In this document: in pieces, positions 63,380-64,000 of the stretch | Layout of the letters: each line of letters begins with the position of its first letter | How positions within the stretch are numbered: position 1 is the first letter of the stretch | Assembly (NCBI RefSeq): GCF_006345805.1 | Contig: NC_043021.1 | Span: forward strand, 25,482,001 to 25,546,000 | DNA from: Octopus sinensis | Taxonomy: Eukaryota | Reading direction: 5' to 3' | Length of the DNA: 64,000 bases | Made by a program: the position numbers and the translations under genes | Notes under the pieces: model-generated | The model's database searches: none | What the model saw: the letters and a program-made list of their open reading frames with translations, nothing else | What the model was told of the DNA's origin: nothing

Positions 63380-64000
63380 CTTGTTTTATTTATATTCTTG
63401 AGCGCCATACTAATACAATTGTTTGTTTGTATTCCACCTGCCTTCGTCTTTTGTTTATTTTCATAAAGCTTCCCGTTATATATATATACACATACATACA
63501 TACCTATACACACACACATGTACATAATTCTTATACAAGAATGTTGTTGACAGTGACTTTGAAGCTTCAACTAGCTCAGCCATCATTGGACTGTGATGCC
63601 TTAGAGTTAGTCTTGCCTTTATATTGTCTCTGTCGAGTTAAAATCCTCTTTGGGTGTGTGGGGTTGAGTGGTGTGGTAATTAGGTTTTTATGGTTGGTTG
63701 TTATGGAAAGGTGTCTTGGAAAATTTTTTAATTGGTTAAATTTGGGGTTATGTCATTGTTTGGAATTCATTAATGCATGTAGAACTTTGTAAATAAGCCT
63801 GAAGGTGTTCTGCTTTTGTTGGGTAGGCAAGAGGTGTGAGGGTAATTTTGTTGCTTTTGGTATTATTGGATTAAATCTTTTTGCTTTGACAGTTTCAAGG
63901 TCAAAGGTACAAAGTCCTGTATTTAAACCCTTAGTAATTGGGTGTCAACTTTTTTCCACAAAAGAATGTAGATCAGAGGTAAGATTGAGCTGGTCATTTC

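Noticed and set aside
1-64000. CRISPR arrays, operons, rRNA or prokaryotic systems
   Set aside because: The DNA is eukaryotic with spliceosomal introns, and no repeat-spacer array or rRNA-like sequence was seen.

Overview
AT-rich, intron-rich animal genomic DNA. It is most likely an octopus or other coleoid cephalopod, inferred from the SINE families and microsatellite load. Three protein-coding genes lie head-to-tail on the minus strand. (1) The last five coding exons of an ethanolamine kinase (ETNK-like), 62589-57025, with the 5' exons beyond the window. (2) A complete 17-exon ACSS3 gene, 45337-11437; I assembled a 2124-nt CDS (707 aa) with all GT-AG introns and consistent phases. (3) The first two coding exons of SETD6, 5817-1913, with the rest beyond the window start. 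Introns and intergenic DNA are packed with tRNA-derived SINEs, decayed RTE and CR1-type LINE pieces, a full-length dead mariner, a decayed Penelope-like RT, a solo LTR, MITEs, foldbacks and microsatellites. The main hunt result is a set of type I hammerhead-ribozyme-like motifs in several short repeat families that all run into (TA)n tracts. The best one (37045-37140, sense to ACSS3 intron 2) has a fully intact catalytic core and sits in a 1.3-copy tandem of a 535-nt unit, the layout expected of a retrozyme or Penelope-derived circRNA element. All structures were folded and aligned by eye; nothing was computed or searched.
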